Shown: positions 37,152-50,699, numbered from the stretch's first letter. The stretch is 63,339 bases of DNA from Coniocarpon cinnabarinum (GCA_051942205.1 JAVECO010000139.1:1-63339); one strand, 5' to 3'. A program made the numbers and translations. Notes: a model not told the origin generated them from the letters alone.

Positions 37152-40100
37152 TCATGTTTGGTCAACCTCGACGAACGCCTGTTCTAGGTCTGCCGTCGAC
37201 TCGCCCTTCAGAAATTCCTCAATCTGCTCGTCTGACACCTCCATTGCGGGTTCGGGCTTCGCCGCGCCATCAACTAGGAACCAGTCACCACTCAGTCTGT
37301 CTGTAGCGTCACCGCCGGGATCCATCTCGTTGAATAGTGCCTCTGTGTGGGGGTCTTGCCAGTCAATCAGTGACTGTATGTGATCCACATCGCTCATCTC
37401 CTTGTCTTCATCGCCCTCTTGCTCATCCATCTTTTCCTCTTCCAACTCGTCTGGAGTGACATCGTTTGCTCCGAACCCCAGGGCCGTACATCCGACAAAG
37501 GTGTCGGGGACCGTGGTCATGGGAATGTCGCCAAACACGTTAGTCATCAACTCTCGCGACCACTGCGTGTGCTGCCACGCGTCGATTCGTGGCGGTGCGG
37601 TACGTGGACGCTTAGAAGGACTGCCGGCGTCCGCCTCGTGCTGTCCGTGCAAAGAGCTTGCACTGCGCTTGTTGCCAGCCGCGGAGTTGGGACGTGACTC
37701 CACGCCAGGCATGGCCGCAGAAGGACGGCCTTGCGACAAGCCCGACTGCGCGCTTGTCTCACGCTTCATTGCCACAGACTGGGGAAGACCCGGTCGCAGA
37801 GACGCATTGTTTGCTTGTGCGCGCGCCGCGGCGGCCTGACGCAATGCTGCGGGCTTGTTGAGCCCCAGCGCGTCCTTCAAAGATCCGAGGCACCAGCGCA
37901 GCGGATCTCCGGTGAACTTGTGAACGGTACGCTCGTGCTCCTGCTGTTCCGCCTGCGTGGCGAATCCCACAATTTCGTAATCACAACCCGGTATTGAGCA
38001 CTTGTTAGGGTGCTCGAGCGGTGCTGGACGTGATTCAGGCATACTGGGCTGCTTCTGAGATACTTCTGCTTTGACGGCTCCTGTCAGGGGCGGTTCACTT
38101 GGCGGCGGTTGTGAAGCCCTCTGCTTGAACTTGCTTGGAGGGATGGCAAGGTTCAACTGCGACGCTTCATTGAAATATTGCACGCTTCCGTCGGGCTGCG
38201 GGTGACCAGGCGGACCTTGAGGCGGACCTTGAGGAGCGACACTCTTGTCTTGCTGAATCTGCTGGGCTTTAGGTACTTGCCCAAGATTTTGCTTGGTGCT
38301 GTTTTGTGAAGGTGGTTGTGACGGTGCTTGCTGCGTTGCCAGGGCACCGGCTTGTGAAGTGCGGCCAGTCGTTTGTTCGTTATTTGTGGGCCCTGCGCCT
38401 TCCCGTTGCTTCGTTTGGAAATCCCTCGCAAACACTCGAAACTTATGGAGCTTTTGAAGGTGTGCCTTCAGAGCCTCGCCAGACGCAGTAATCTCGACCT
38501 GCGCGTCCGACCCGCTGTTTGGCTTGGTTTGATTTCTGAAAAAGAAGACAGTCGCGAGAACTTCCCTTGTTTGCTTCTCATCTCCCGTGGTTAGATAATA
38601 GGCTTTGAGCGCCGTCATGACCAAGTTCAAGCTGTCAACAGACTGCTTAACAACCTTGACAAGCGTTGCCCCCTGTTCGCCCGGGGGCAGGGGCTGTGGT
38701 GGTCCACGAGGCATTCTACTCGCTTCTCGACTCAATGCTATGAAGCGCTGACTCTTCTGATCCGGTGATACCTTACTCCAGTCACCTTTGAATTCTTGCT
38801 GCTGATTCTGGCCAGGTTTCTGCGATTGCGTAGGCTGTATTGCGCTCTTCTTGGCCTCTTCCTGGATGCGCGAAGGACCGTGCTGTTGCGCTAGTCCCAT
38901 TGCTCCGGCAGGAGGCACTCCATTTGGCGCGGCCTGCGTTGCCGGCCGTTGTTGGCTTCCAGGCAAGGGCGCTCCGACCGCTGGCATTGACTGATTCGGA
39001 ATGGTCGGCATAGAGCCGTGGGCAAACGGCCCCGGTGGCTGTGGGTGTCGCTGAATTGACGAATTTTGCGCTGCATTGGGAATTGGCACGCTGTTGCTGC
39101 GGGAAAAAGACAGCAGTAGGTTTCGAGCGAATTCCTGGCTGCCCAGTTGTGCCGCAACTCTCTCGGCTTTGCTCTTCATAATGAAGCCACGCACTTGCGC
39201 ATCCGGAGCTCTGCCCTCGGCGTCCTTCCCTTGTGAATGACGTTGTCGGAAGACCTGTAGCTCTTGTGGTGAGACATCTTTCAGACGCGCTTCACGCATG
39301 TTGCTGGTCTCTAGGATGTTGCCACGAATGAGTTCCTGGATTTGCGGGCCTTTGCCCTGTGGAATGTTGATAAAGGGAGCTCTGTTGGGTGAAGGCCCTA
39401 GCATAGCGTTGCCAGGAGCACCGACAGCGGGCTGCCTATTCCGCTGCGCAGACAAGACTTGCGCTTGTCTCATTCGAATGCTTCGAAGGTTTTTTTGCGA
39501 CTCGAGCGACAATGCATTGGGTTGTTTATCCAGAAAGTCAAAGAGCCCACCCCAATTGTTGATGCCCATGGGTATGTCGAGCTCCGGAACCGTGCGGCCG
39601 ATGGCATCCTTCGGGAGTTGCATGGCATTGAGCATAAGCTCCATTCTCTGCGCATGTTGACCGGTCATTGCGTTCTGGGGATTCTGTGCAGGGAATCCAG
39701 ATGTAGCCGGAGGTGCCGTCATCGTTGCCTGAGGCGCCGGCCCTGACGTGAGCGGCGTTGAATGGGGCGGCATAGTTTGAGGCCCAAGGCCAGCTCCTGG
39801 CTGGCCCATAGGACGTTGATGCTGGGTACTACCTTGATCACCGGGCGCAGGGACGGTCTGGCGTTGCTGTTGTTGCTGTTGAATGAGAGTGGCTTTGATA
39901 TACTGCATGAAAGCTGCCTTTTGATTTTCTGGCACACGGCTCATCTGTTGGGTTATCCACTGCTTACCTTGTGGCGTGTTGAGATCTGCAGGGGGTCCTC
40001 GGTTTGGAGCACCATTCTGAGCATTATTAGGCGTTTGGGAGACTGGCCCACCAGACCTTGGAGAAGGTTGCTGACTACGAGCAAGATTGGGATTGGGCCG

Positions 40101-41520
40101 TTGTGGTGTGTTTTGACCTGCGATACCCATCGGCTGATTCAGTGTTGGCATAGCTGGGCTAGGTCCAGGCATGTGTAGCCCTCCAGGTTGTCCAGTCAGC
40201 GCGTTCGGCTGACCAGGCACGAACTGATTTTGAGCCGGCGAAGTCGAGTTAAAATTTGGGTTTGGCTGATTGAGGCCCTGTCCGGGCATTTGACCGGGCT
40301 GGAAGGACGATTGAGGCCGACTGTGCGGTATGTTGCCTGGCATCTGGCCAGCCACTTGGGTATTGGTATTGTTGCCATTAGCAGCAAATGCCTGAGATGG
40401 AAAGACTCCGCGACCGAGTTGACCCTGATAGTTCTGATTGTTACTTGCTGGCACGACGAGATCTCCACTTGCTTGCGAACGCTCGGCTGCAGCCCGCTGA
40501 TTGAAGACCCGAGCGAAGTCGATTGACGGCTTCCCGATGTCACCGCTTGGTTGTGCTCCCATTCCAGGCTGACCATTGGGCTGATTTTGACCACCGCTCA
40601 TGGCTACACCGCTTGGACCCACTGACGCGCCAGCCTGGCTGTGTCTCTCGAGACGTTGTCTTGCAAGGTTCTGAGCATATATGCTCAAGGGATCAATCCC
40701 CTGATTCTGCCAATTTTGCAACGTGGCCGGGGTTGCGTTTTGACGAAGTGAGTCTCGTATCTGCGATGCATTGCCATTTTGCTCGAGCTGCGTCCGAATT
40801 TGCAGGACCAGTTGTTGGAAATTAGCAGCACTGAGCTGCGGTTGATTGCCGATGCCATTTGCCTGACCTTGATGTTGCATTGTCTGAGGAACCGTCTGAT
40901 TAGGCTGCCCTGGTTGTCTCATGAACATGTTCATATTCACGTTGTTGGCGTTGGCGCCCGGCATGCCATTAGGACCCATCAAGCCAGGCATATTGGGTGG
41001 CATTTGTACTTGTGAAGGTACTCGTTGTCCAGGCGGGTTGCGGTTCATTCCCGCCATATTGGGTGCCATTGGATTGTTGGGTATCATCGAGTTCGGGTTC
41101 TGCACGGTCATGTTGGCATGATTTTGTCGTAAAGTATGCAGGTTGTTGCTTCGTTCTCGCGCATTGCTCTGATAATGTTCTACGCTCATTGAACTCTGGT
41201 ATATCTGTCGTTCAATGAGCAGCGCCTGGCTTAGCTTCTCTGAATCCGAAGCAGGGTTACTGGCTCCCGGAAGACGCAGCTGAGTAAAACTAGACCGACA
41301 GTCAGCATCGTGAGATTTGCTTGGCACCGTATGCTACACACAGCGTCATGATAATCCCTATACGAGCGTTCTGATCCAATTGAACTTGCCAGCCTGTGGG
41401 AGGACCTTGCTCTTGAAGTTTATTCAGTATGAAATGCTGTATTTGGGGAGCGTTTGACGCGGGGAACGAGGCAGGGCCACGGGCAGCCATGCCGGGTGGT
41501 TGAGCATTGAAAGGATTCAT
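37152..41520 (-). CDS. MED15: Mediator subunit 15 (Gal11-like), Q/N/P-rich (2 exons: 41520-41342, 41289-37152)
   Basis: N-terminal KIX-like region (GWQVQL..NARIGII..LFTQLRL, ALLIERQIYQSS...Y), long Q-rich IDR, CSIPGC..GF...EHERTVH..DPLRWC region, acidic tail. Confidence 0.75.
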
Positions 41521-42718
41521 AGCTCGGGAGTCAGATGTTTGGGGAGATGTTGATCTGTTCGAGCGGCTGTGATCACTTCGACACTGCTCGCTTTAGGTTT
41601 CCCTAGTGCGGTTGTGATCCGCGAGCCTGGACAGCGTTGATAGGTGGGGGGGGCATGTGGGACAAAGTCGGATGGCGGCTTTGAAAGAGTTATCGAGATC
41701 TATACAGGAGGGGAGAGGAGGCACAGGAGCGTCACGAGGTAATGGTCGGTGAGGCGCGGACCGGGAAAGCGAAAGTAGTTGGGCGTGACGTCTGACGGCA
41801 CCCGCAGTTGCAGGCCAGGCTAAAGAGAGTCGGAATAGCGTTGCATTGAACGCACTGCGGTGTTATGGAGTGCGCGCGATGGAATACGAATGGATCGATG
41901 GCAGATGAGCGAGCGCAGTTGGATTTACGCCAGGGCAAGAGGCCTGGAAACGAGGGCCTCGCGTCAGATGGGGTGGTTGATGGTTGTTGGGCTGGGAGGT
42001 GGCACCAAAAGGATATGTTGAGACGAAGAGATGGATAGCTGGCGTGGAGTCTAGAGTAGGATGCGTGCGAGATTGAGAGATGCAGAGACGAGTAAAGAAC
42101 AGGAGACGGGGCTCAGCGAAAGACGAGGCAATTGTAGGCGTGAGGGAGAGGCAGGTGAGCAAGTCGATCGTAGTATTGACATGCGGTGCTTCGGACCGCC
42201 GCCCATAGAGAGGTGGGAGATGGCTCAGCACTCCGACACCCTGCCCGCGCTAGTCTGCGCTCAGACAAGCGCCCCGCGCTTACCGTCCGCGCTATTGCGT
42301 TGTGAGACGCCACAAGCGCCCTCCGCTTTAAGCTTAATCGACGTCCGCCACACCCGCCACACACCCTGCCCACGCGCCCTAACCTCAACCCACCTGCGAC
42401 ATACTCAACCTTGCTGTCGCTGCTTGCACCCCCGTCCCCGGCGATTTGTATTTCAGTCCCTGTCGCGCATCTTGCATAGCGCATCCATTTGCTCTACAAG
42501 CCCCAGAAAGTCGAGCCGCCGAGTCCCCGCCAGACTTGAATCTGCATGATTTTGCATCGACGTCCTCAACCTCCATATCCACTCGCTGCAGTGCGACGTT
42601 CGCCTGTCCTGCCTCTCTACTTCGGCCAACTTCCATAGAGAGATCGCATCGCTCATCCACCGCGCAGTACTGCCCTGGCCCGGCGCCTGTGCCTCTGGCG
42701 CTCCACTCGACAGCGTCC

Positions 42719-45700
42719 ATGAGTGCGATCCGCCAAAAGTTTCTTCCCAAGCATCAGGTCTTGATACTCCGATGCTATCCCCGCTTTCAAAGAGGCGCCA
42801 ATGTCGAAGTCAAGCCCAACTCGAGTGAATTGAGCTACTTGTTGTTCTACGCCAGCTCCCGTCGAAGCAAGCTGCCAAAAGTGGGTGCGTTTCTGGTCAA
42901 GAAGACTTCCAGCGACATCTACCGCAACCGACAAGGGTACTTGAAACTTCTTGAAACCGCGAGATAGCTGTGCTTACCATGTCAAAGCAATGTGCAGGTG
43001 ACCCTCCAAATTCTTCGGGCACTGATCGAAAGTTGCTCTCGAGATCTTCCCATCTTCTCCAGTTTCGTCTTGCAAGTCCTTCACGATGTCTTACACTCGC
43101 ATCACGTTGCGCTCCTCGAATCGTCCGTACCGACTTTCGAAGCCTTTTGCAACCACTATGACGTTGCGCAACTCGCTGCGGATCCTGAACACATCAAACA
43201 ATTTGACGACATTCTCAATCGCTATGCCCAATTCGCCTCCCATAACCATGCACCGGCCGGCAAGGCGCCACCAAGTACCAATATCGCGGTCCGCAATCGC
43301 AAGGCTGGGATGCAAGCCATCAAGAGTCTGGTCTCTGCAGAGTCCTTCGCCGCCGACAATGGACGACAGCTGCGGGTGCTAGTGCCAGTCATATTGGAGA
43401 ATATTTACTCCGACACGCCAGGGCTGTTGTTGCGTTTGAAATCTAGGGAGTTGTCCCAAGACGAGCGAGAGAGGAACCAGAGAGAACGAGCTCGTCCTGG
43501 TACAAATGCGTCGTATGCCGACGACAAAAGTGACGCTGACCCTATCGATGCCCTTGGAACTGCGGAAGACGCAGATGAGAGGGCTCTTGAAGACGTTGCT
43601 GTCCTCGCCATGCAATGTCTGCGACAAGTTTCTGCAATGGATGCGCCACTTCAGATTCGGGTTGCCACGCAATGTGCCGTTGTATTTCTCACTAAGCACA
43701 ATCAAACGCAAAACCCTTCTGGTGGACAAGCAACAACGAACTCAACACTGGAGCACTGGGCGATAGAGCTGTTTCAAGAGGTCTCCAATTGGTCCTCAGT
43801 CCAGACGCGTTTCATTGTACTCGTCACTCTCACCGACGCGCTGACTAGAAGTCCCATTGCTGAAGGCGCACTGAATGACCAGCTGCTATTAGTCCGAATC
43901 ATTGGGTCGCTTCTTCGGTCTGACACTACGTTCATTGGGTTGAGCGTGAACGATGTACTTATAGGTTTTGTTAATCACATACTCCTGTTGTTGCAACTCG
44001 GGGGACAAGACTCGGGGGTCAAACCACACCGACAACAGCCAACCACACATGGTTTACTTGATGTGTCTAGTGAACCCAGCACAGAGCGGTCGCCCTCTAC
44101 CGACCATGCGACGGAGACTGAAAACACGTCGAAAGCGTCGCCCTTGAGAGTTCTGCTTCTTGACGAGCTTTCGGGAGCCATTGGTGATCTCGCAACGCAC
44201 ATCTACTATGCGGACCAGATTGGAGAAATGGTTGGAGCTTTGCTACTGCGTCTCAAGCCTCCCATTGCTGTTGTTTCGTCCCCGACTGTTGCTATTGAAA
44301 ATCCATCCGTTACTGCGGAAGCTATTGCGGAATCGGGAAACTTGCAAGAGGACGTCACTACCGATCCCTATTTTTCCTTCGGTACCGCTCGCGCTCTGGC
44401 TCTGGCTGCAATCAAAAACATCATCGAAGTGTCGAATTCGCAACGAAAGGATGGTCAAGGGGCCATTAATCGTAATCGTGTTCCAACTTCGACTTGGAAT
44501 GGCACACAATGGCTCCTCTGCGATCCCTCTGGCAAAGTTCGAAAAGCTTATGTGGATGCTTTGATTACATGGATGACTTTTGAACTGGACAAATCCAATT
44601 TGAGGGTCTCTCAGGAACAGAGCAAACGCGCTCGCTCGACTAAGCACCATGACCATCAAGGCAATGGGTCTGCAATTGCTAAACGTGCACTGTCCAATGC
44701 ATCTAAGCGGAGTATATCAAATCTACGAGCTCATTCAAATTTTCTCCAGCTCTTGACTCTGGCTATCCATGATAACGCTCTACAATTTGCCGAATCTGAG
44801 CCGGATATGCTCCTGCTTCATTTGTTGTTGGTCTCTTCGATTCAAAAGCTCGGCGTAAATAGTGTTCGGCACGGATTGCCCATGATTTTCCGACTTCAGG
44901 AAGAAATTCCCAATCTGGAAAGTGTTAGCGCAAAAGACGCCATTGGAACACTGGTCCACGGCTATTTTTGGGCTCTGTCCGATGTTTTCGACTTCGACAC
45001 ACGGTCTATCGGTCGGGACATTGCTAACGAGATCAGTCGTCGCTCCCAGCTTGGTCTCTGGCGAGGGCAAATCAGCGTCCCTGCTTTGCCAGTCAATGAG
45101 ATTCGGGATCCGTCAGACACACCTCCTCGTCCACATGAAACGACACCCCGTGAGCGAACGCATGCTTTGAATCCCCTAACTGCCCGCACGGAGCTTGTGG
45201 AGTGTATCAACGACGCTTATTTTGGATCACTGCTATCCCCTCCCTCAAGTCCACCCACGTCCCCTTCGCGAGGGCGGCCAATGTCTTCTCGATCTAGTTC
45301 ACACAAGCCACCTGTATTTGTGACACCAACGGATCAGAAGCTTCCTCAGGACATTCTGGATCAACTTCTGCGGCCATGGAGCAGGGAAGAATGCATCGCT
45401 GAAGCAGACCAGAAAGTTGCCGTTGCTCGAAGCTCCTCAGTGGCAAACTCAAGGAGCGGCTCAGGCTCTGGTCGTGAAAAAACAAGTGGATATCTATCAC
45501 CTAATGGGGCTGTAAATGTGGCCGAATCACCGGGTAGAAGCAAGATCCAAAATGTTTCTGAAATCGACCTTACTCGTCTTGGCTCAACAGCCGGAAGGCA
45601 GTCAGTTCGTGTACAAGAATTGCAAAGAATTTTGGAAACTGGCCAACCTGCAAGATTTGCCTATCGATTTAGCCAACCGGTACCTACTAGCGACGCGGAC

Positions 45701-45742
45701 AGCGATAGTATGGTGAGTGCAGACGTATCTTCCATTACATAA
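42719..45742 (+). CDS. EFR3: Efr3, PI4-kinase complex scaffold (2 exons: 42719-42936, 42988-45742)
   Basis: PKHQVLILRCYP, KPNSSELSYLLFYASSRRSKLPKVGAFL, IGLSVNDVL, DLATHIYYADQI. Confidence 0.95.
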
Positions 45743-46244
45743 GTCTGTGACTGTGGAAGACATGTGGATTTCCTAGCGTGGCGTTGGGCATTGTGACTAG
45801 GTCTAATTTGTCTTATACCCTATTCATACCACTATAGTACAATATCACACCTTAAAATTGTTTTGATTTACTTTGATCTCTCGACTAATTGTTTTTCTAT
45901 GTTTATCACGGCCGCACTCGAGAAATTTCACAAGCTATCGCTCGGTGAGCCTCGGGTGGAGTTGGGCTATCTCCGTGTCAACCTGATATTGACTGCGTTC
46001 TGCCTTTCATCTCTCATCTTTCACCTTTCACCTTAGCCATAGGGCTGAAGACACACATACTTAACGCTCGCCCTTCCTCACATTCTCAACTCTCCCTCCT
46101 CTCTTCCACAACTCTCTCACTGTCTAGTTGCAACCTGCTTCGAACAACTCTTCTCAACGCACGGTCAAATCATCAATCATTGCAATATTGTGAGACAGTC
46201 TGCAGTTTTCTGAACCACATACCATCATCTTGTGCTTTGACAAG

Positions 46245-48477
46245 ATGTACAACCTCATCACCGCCACCGCAAGTACCTTTGCAACCTACCTGATGCCCGG
46301 CATTGGGTAAGTACTTCTCCACTCATGCTTGTCAATGATGAGGATCCCTTCGTGATCCTCACCAACGTCAAGTTTGTGTAGCAATGGTATCATTGTAGTG
46401 TGGCGCTAATCTCCAAAACTTTAGCAATCCAGTCTCTCCTCTGCCGGCGTGCCAGCCCTCTGCCAATCCGGCGGTTATGGCCAATGTTCCTTCTACAATG
46501 CCGCCCATGGAGCAATTCAGCTCCGGGGCTGAGTTTGCAACCCTCAGACCGGCACCCACCGCTAATGTCCCTCTCATCGCTGCTCAGAATGCTGGAGCCG
46601 GCCATTTTCTTGGACTTCTGGATACTAATCTCGTCCTCTTCTTGATCATCTTGTACCTGGCGATGGACAAGCTCCTCCCCTTGTTCCGTCGCTACCGCCC
46701 ACGCATCCGATACACCTCTCAGTCCACCCAGACCTCTTCAGCCGCCTCCATCCAGACCAGATATCAGATGCTGAAGCCGTTCCTCATTCCAATTCACGAT
46801 GACATCGCCGTGGTCTCTTATTATATACAACAATATCATAGCACTCTGATGCGTAAAGAGGCCGAATTCAAGAATATCTATGCCTTGATCAAAGATTTGC
46901 AGTCCCAGATCAAGAACGGCCTACGAGACCATTCCGCCCAAATCGCCGATGTCGCCAAAAAAGCTAATTCGCAGCTGCCGGACCTGATAAAGCGCTCGTG
47001 TGACGACATTCGGGCTCTTGGAGACGACAAGCACCGGCATCTGGCCAAAATGCAGCAAAATTACGAGGCGGCTATGGAAGAGGCCATCGAAGAAGTCCAG
47101 CATACAGCTGAGAAGGCAGAAGGTCTTGTGAACGACTTCAAGACCAAATTCGGCGACGTTCTCCCTAGTCTGAACAGCCTGAAGGTGTCACTTCGTCAAG
47201 AGTCTGAGATGCACAAGGTGCTGGACCGCAAAGTCGAACGTCATGAGGAGTACCTCAACGTCAGTCTCGCCGAGAAAAGGCGTCTTGCGGAGCAAGAGAT
47301 CAAAGATCGCGAAGAACACGTGAAGTCTCTTGTTCAGTTGGCGGTACACGACGCCATCAAGACCAGACTTGAAAGATACGTGTCCAAAGCGAAACTCCGC
47401 GAGGAACTCAAGACCCTCGACACCACCGGCAATGAGGTCCGCGCTGAGGACGTCAGCGGCCTCAAGCAAGCCATCCAGGACGCCATCAGCTCGTATCCCA
47501 CGCAGAGGGACCTCACAGAAGAGGTCCAGCCCGTGGCCAAAGATGCCACGAGAGCTCTCAATGCTGGGAACGAATTGGCGCAGAAGGTCGCCGCACTCGA
47601 GAAAAAGCTGGCAACCCTGCATCCCGTCGACGAGCAGGTCGGGAACGCCACCAAAGACGCCGCACAAGCCCTGAAGACGGGCGAGGAGCTCACACAACAG
47701 GTCGAGAGCCTGAAGACGCAGCTGGAATCCGTGCAATCCGTCAACGACCAGGTGGCGGAGCTCAAAGGCTTGGTAAACAAGCCTGCTCCGTCCCTGGAAC
47801 CGGAGCACAGGCGTCTGGACGAGCTCGAGTCGGGTCTGAATGGTCTCAAAAAGCACGCCGACTCGAACGAGGCGTCGCTGAACATTGTCGCTTGGGACCT
47901 GAACAACCTGGCGCAGAACGTGGCCACAATACGGGACGCAACGCTGACGACGGGATTCGATCCGTCAGTTCTCCAAGACGTGCAAATGACAACAGAGCAG
48001 GAGCCTGCACAAGAGGCCCTGCCAGATCTCATGCCCTCGATCGAGCCGACAACCCAGCAGGGGCCGGCACCAGCTCAACAGCGGGATCCCTTCGGGATGA
48101 CAGAAATGGAGCGGGATGATTTCCTCACCATCCAGGGGCAAAGTGCCTGCAATCCTGCGCCAGCAAGCGGCCAGGCGACAATGCCTGAGTTTCCGCCGTC
48201 GCCGACCTCTTCTGAGGGCGAACGCTTGGATGATGCTCTGGATGCTATGAATGCCATGGACACCACACAGTCAGAGAGCGAGCCGGTGGCAACACCGGAT
48301 CAGACCATGACGGAGGCGCCCCAGGGCTATGCCCAGGCGACCCCGGCGCCGGCGAGCACATCCTTCTCGACGGGCAGGACGTACATCAACTGCCCGAATT
48401 GCCTGAACTGGGGCGTAAAGACAATCGTCCAGTCAGGGAAGGAGTGTCCCAATGACAATTGCCGGCATCAGTGCTAG
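46245..48477 (+). CDS. Orphan TM-anchored long coiled-coil protein with C-terminal Cys cluster (2 exons: 46245-46306, 46425-48477)
   Basis: A GTAAGT..GCTAAT..TTAG intron joins the exons in frame; TM NLVLFLIILYLAM; ~350 aa of heptads; CPNC...CPNDNCRHQC end. Confidence 0.8.
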
Positions 48478-48569
48478 GCTTCCGGCTTCGATGCGCGCAA
48501 ATGGGCGACTGGACAGAGGTGAGAGGGTTTAATGGCGGTGCTGCTGTGATGCAGGAGGGCAGGATTCTA

Positions 48570-48945
48570 TCATAAATCCTGATATTTTGTACGATTATCA
48601 CGTGAATTTGTTCACAGCCACAGCATTGTACCATACTACAGGACCTTCAAAATGTCATAACAGATACGCATATCCCTGTTCTTGCATTAAACAACGCCAT
48701 ATTCCTATATTGGTGACTGCTTCTAATTCTACAGCCACTCACGATATAAAAATAACTACTAAAAAACGCTTTAAATACACAAATCCTGATTTTTACACAA
48801 AAAAACACTAAATTTCCGTACCAGCTATCGCTTTCAATTTTACAGCTACTCACTATACGAAAATAACTACTAAAAAACATCTCAGCGCGGCATCTCCCTG
48901 GTTTTGTACCAAAAAAACGCCACTATTATCTCCTGGTAATGACTG
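48570..48945 (+). repeat. Degenerate ~110-bp AT-rich tandem repeat, left array (~3.5 units)
   Basis: AATAACTACTAAAAAAC at 48751 and 48862 (period 111); ACAGCYAC anchors at ~48613, 48731 and 48842. Confidence 0.8.
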
Positions 48946-50669
48946 CTCTTCCTCCACCTGTGCTCGCATCGACGCTATACACCATTGCCAAGCGCAAACG
49001 TGAAAGCCACCGGCAAGAAAGTGGTACAAGCATCAAGCCTGTGGACCAGTTTGTTTTGAATGGCAGCTTCAATGGAAGCAATGACGATGAAAGAGTACAC
49101 ATAAGCGAGCGGGGTGTTGTGGTAGGACTTGCGGTAGAGAAGGGATGGGAGACCTGGGTTGCAGAGGTATGCTTCTATCTCTTAACAGCTTGAACGCGCG
49201 TCGCTGTGCCTTGATGGAGAGTCAAGCCTAGGCCCATGTTTGACTATTCATAGCCTATTGCACTCTGTCCATTACGGATGCTGAAGATAAAAAATATTCC
49301 GTTCTCTTGAATGAGAGCATCGTTGAAAAATCGCTCATCAGGCTCCTACAGGAATATAAAGAATGAACCCTGTAATTTCCTTCAGGCCTGAGACGAGTAG
49401 CAGAAGCGCCATCATACGAAAGCACAATCAACACCGCTCTCTTCATTCAGCTGACAATATTAGATCCTCAACCATACAATCTCTTCTCATCTTCTTCGCA
49501 ATCTGCCTCGTTCTTCGACCGACGGGTCAACTCAAAGACCAAGAACTGCCCACCTCGTCGACCCCACGGGCTCTTTCTCGATTTCGTCATTGTATAACCG
49601 CTTACTCCGCCAGCTCCGCTCAAACTCATCAAGAGATCAGTTCGTACATGCAGGCGGGTACACCTACACCAAGAGCATAGCAGATGAAAAGACAGCTGAG
49701 GCTCCTGAGGAGAATGTTGGTCGGGACGAGGCTCTAACGGAAGCGCAAGCGAGAGAAGCGTTAGATCGATTGAGCATTAGTCGTATCTTTGACATAGAAG
49801 GCCTGATGGAAGTGCTGGTTGACATCCAGCTCCAGCATACTCGTGATGATTCCAACGCGAACATTGAAGCCGGGCGCGATGGCGTGACCGGCCATTGTAT
49901 ACCACCGGCCCGATCACAGTCCCGGGGAAACAATGCAGCAGTCATGACATTCGATGTGCATATTGAGGAGCACAGCAACGAACGTGGACCTGAGCAGAGA
50001 CAAGAGATCGCCGACTCTCAAATGGACGATCCAGAGGATGCGCCTATCCCTTGGACACCAACACAACAACCAAACCCTCCCTCACCTCATCCACGAGACT
50101 CACCCGCTCCCAACAATCTCTCTCCTCTGTTGAACAACAACACTACCGCACCTGAACCCGCATCACCATCACAACAACAGCCGTCCCAACCACCTCCCGA
50201 ATCCACGACAGCTCCCCCAACCCTCCTCCTAATCCCAAACATCCACACCCTCATCTCCCCCTTAATCCGCCAGAACCCAACACAAGGCCACGCCCAGCTG
50301 AGTCATCTCCTCCGCCGTCTCCACGTCCTCTCTTCCCATCACAACATCACCATCATACTGGGCAACACAACCGTGACGCCCCCGTTTTCCACGACGTCGA
50401 CCGGTCCGCATAGGCAGCAGAGCGGGGCGCAGAAAATGGACGAAAGTCCTAGTGCTTTTGAGGATATCCGACACCGACCGGCGTTGGGAAGAGGTTTTAA
50501 CTTTGGGATCGATGTCAGTTTGATGGTTTCGGGGGCACCTGGCAGAAAGAGGGTCCCTGAAGAGCGGGAAGTGGTGGTGGAATGTCTGCATGATCGATGC
50601 GCTGACCGGGAAGGGCAGTGGGTCGTGCTTGGTTTCCGGGAAGATGAAATTGTCAGGATTACTGAATAG
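48939..50669 (+). CDS. Divergent Rad51 paralog (RAD51D-like RecA fold) (2 exons: 48939-49166, 49464-50669)
   Basis: AHLVDPTGSFS, LDRLSISRIFDIEGL, GHAQLSHLLRRLHVLS..HNITIILGN and RPALGRGF..GID match RAD51-paralog blocks; Walker motifs are degenerate. Confidence 0.65.
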
Positions 50670-50699
50670 ATAGATCCGTCAGATCTCAGACATCAGAGC

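Noticed and set aside
45700..45860. Extra EFR3 3' exon via GTGAGT at ~45713, or a truncated EFR3 tail
   Set aside because: The candidate downstream exon adds only a few codons in AT-rich terminator-like DNA; this cannot be supported without cDNA or ortholog alignment.
48570..48945. CRISPR-like array or coding repeat (NSTAT..KIT.KK appears in ORFs of both arrays)
   Set aside because: Eukaryotic context, and the units are degenerate along their whole length with no repeat-spacer structure. The peptide similarity merely reflects DNA homology, and the frames are short and broken.
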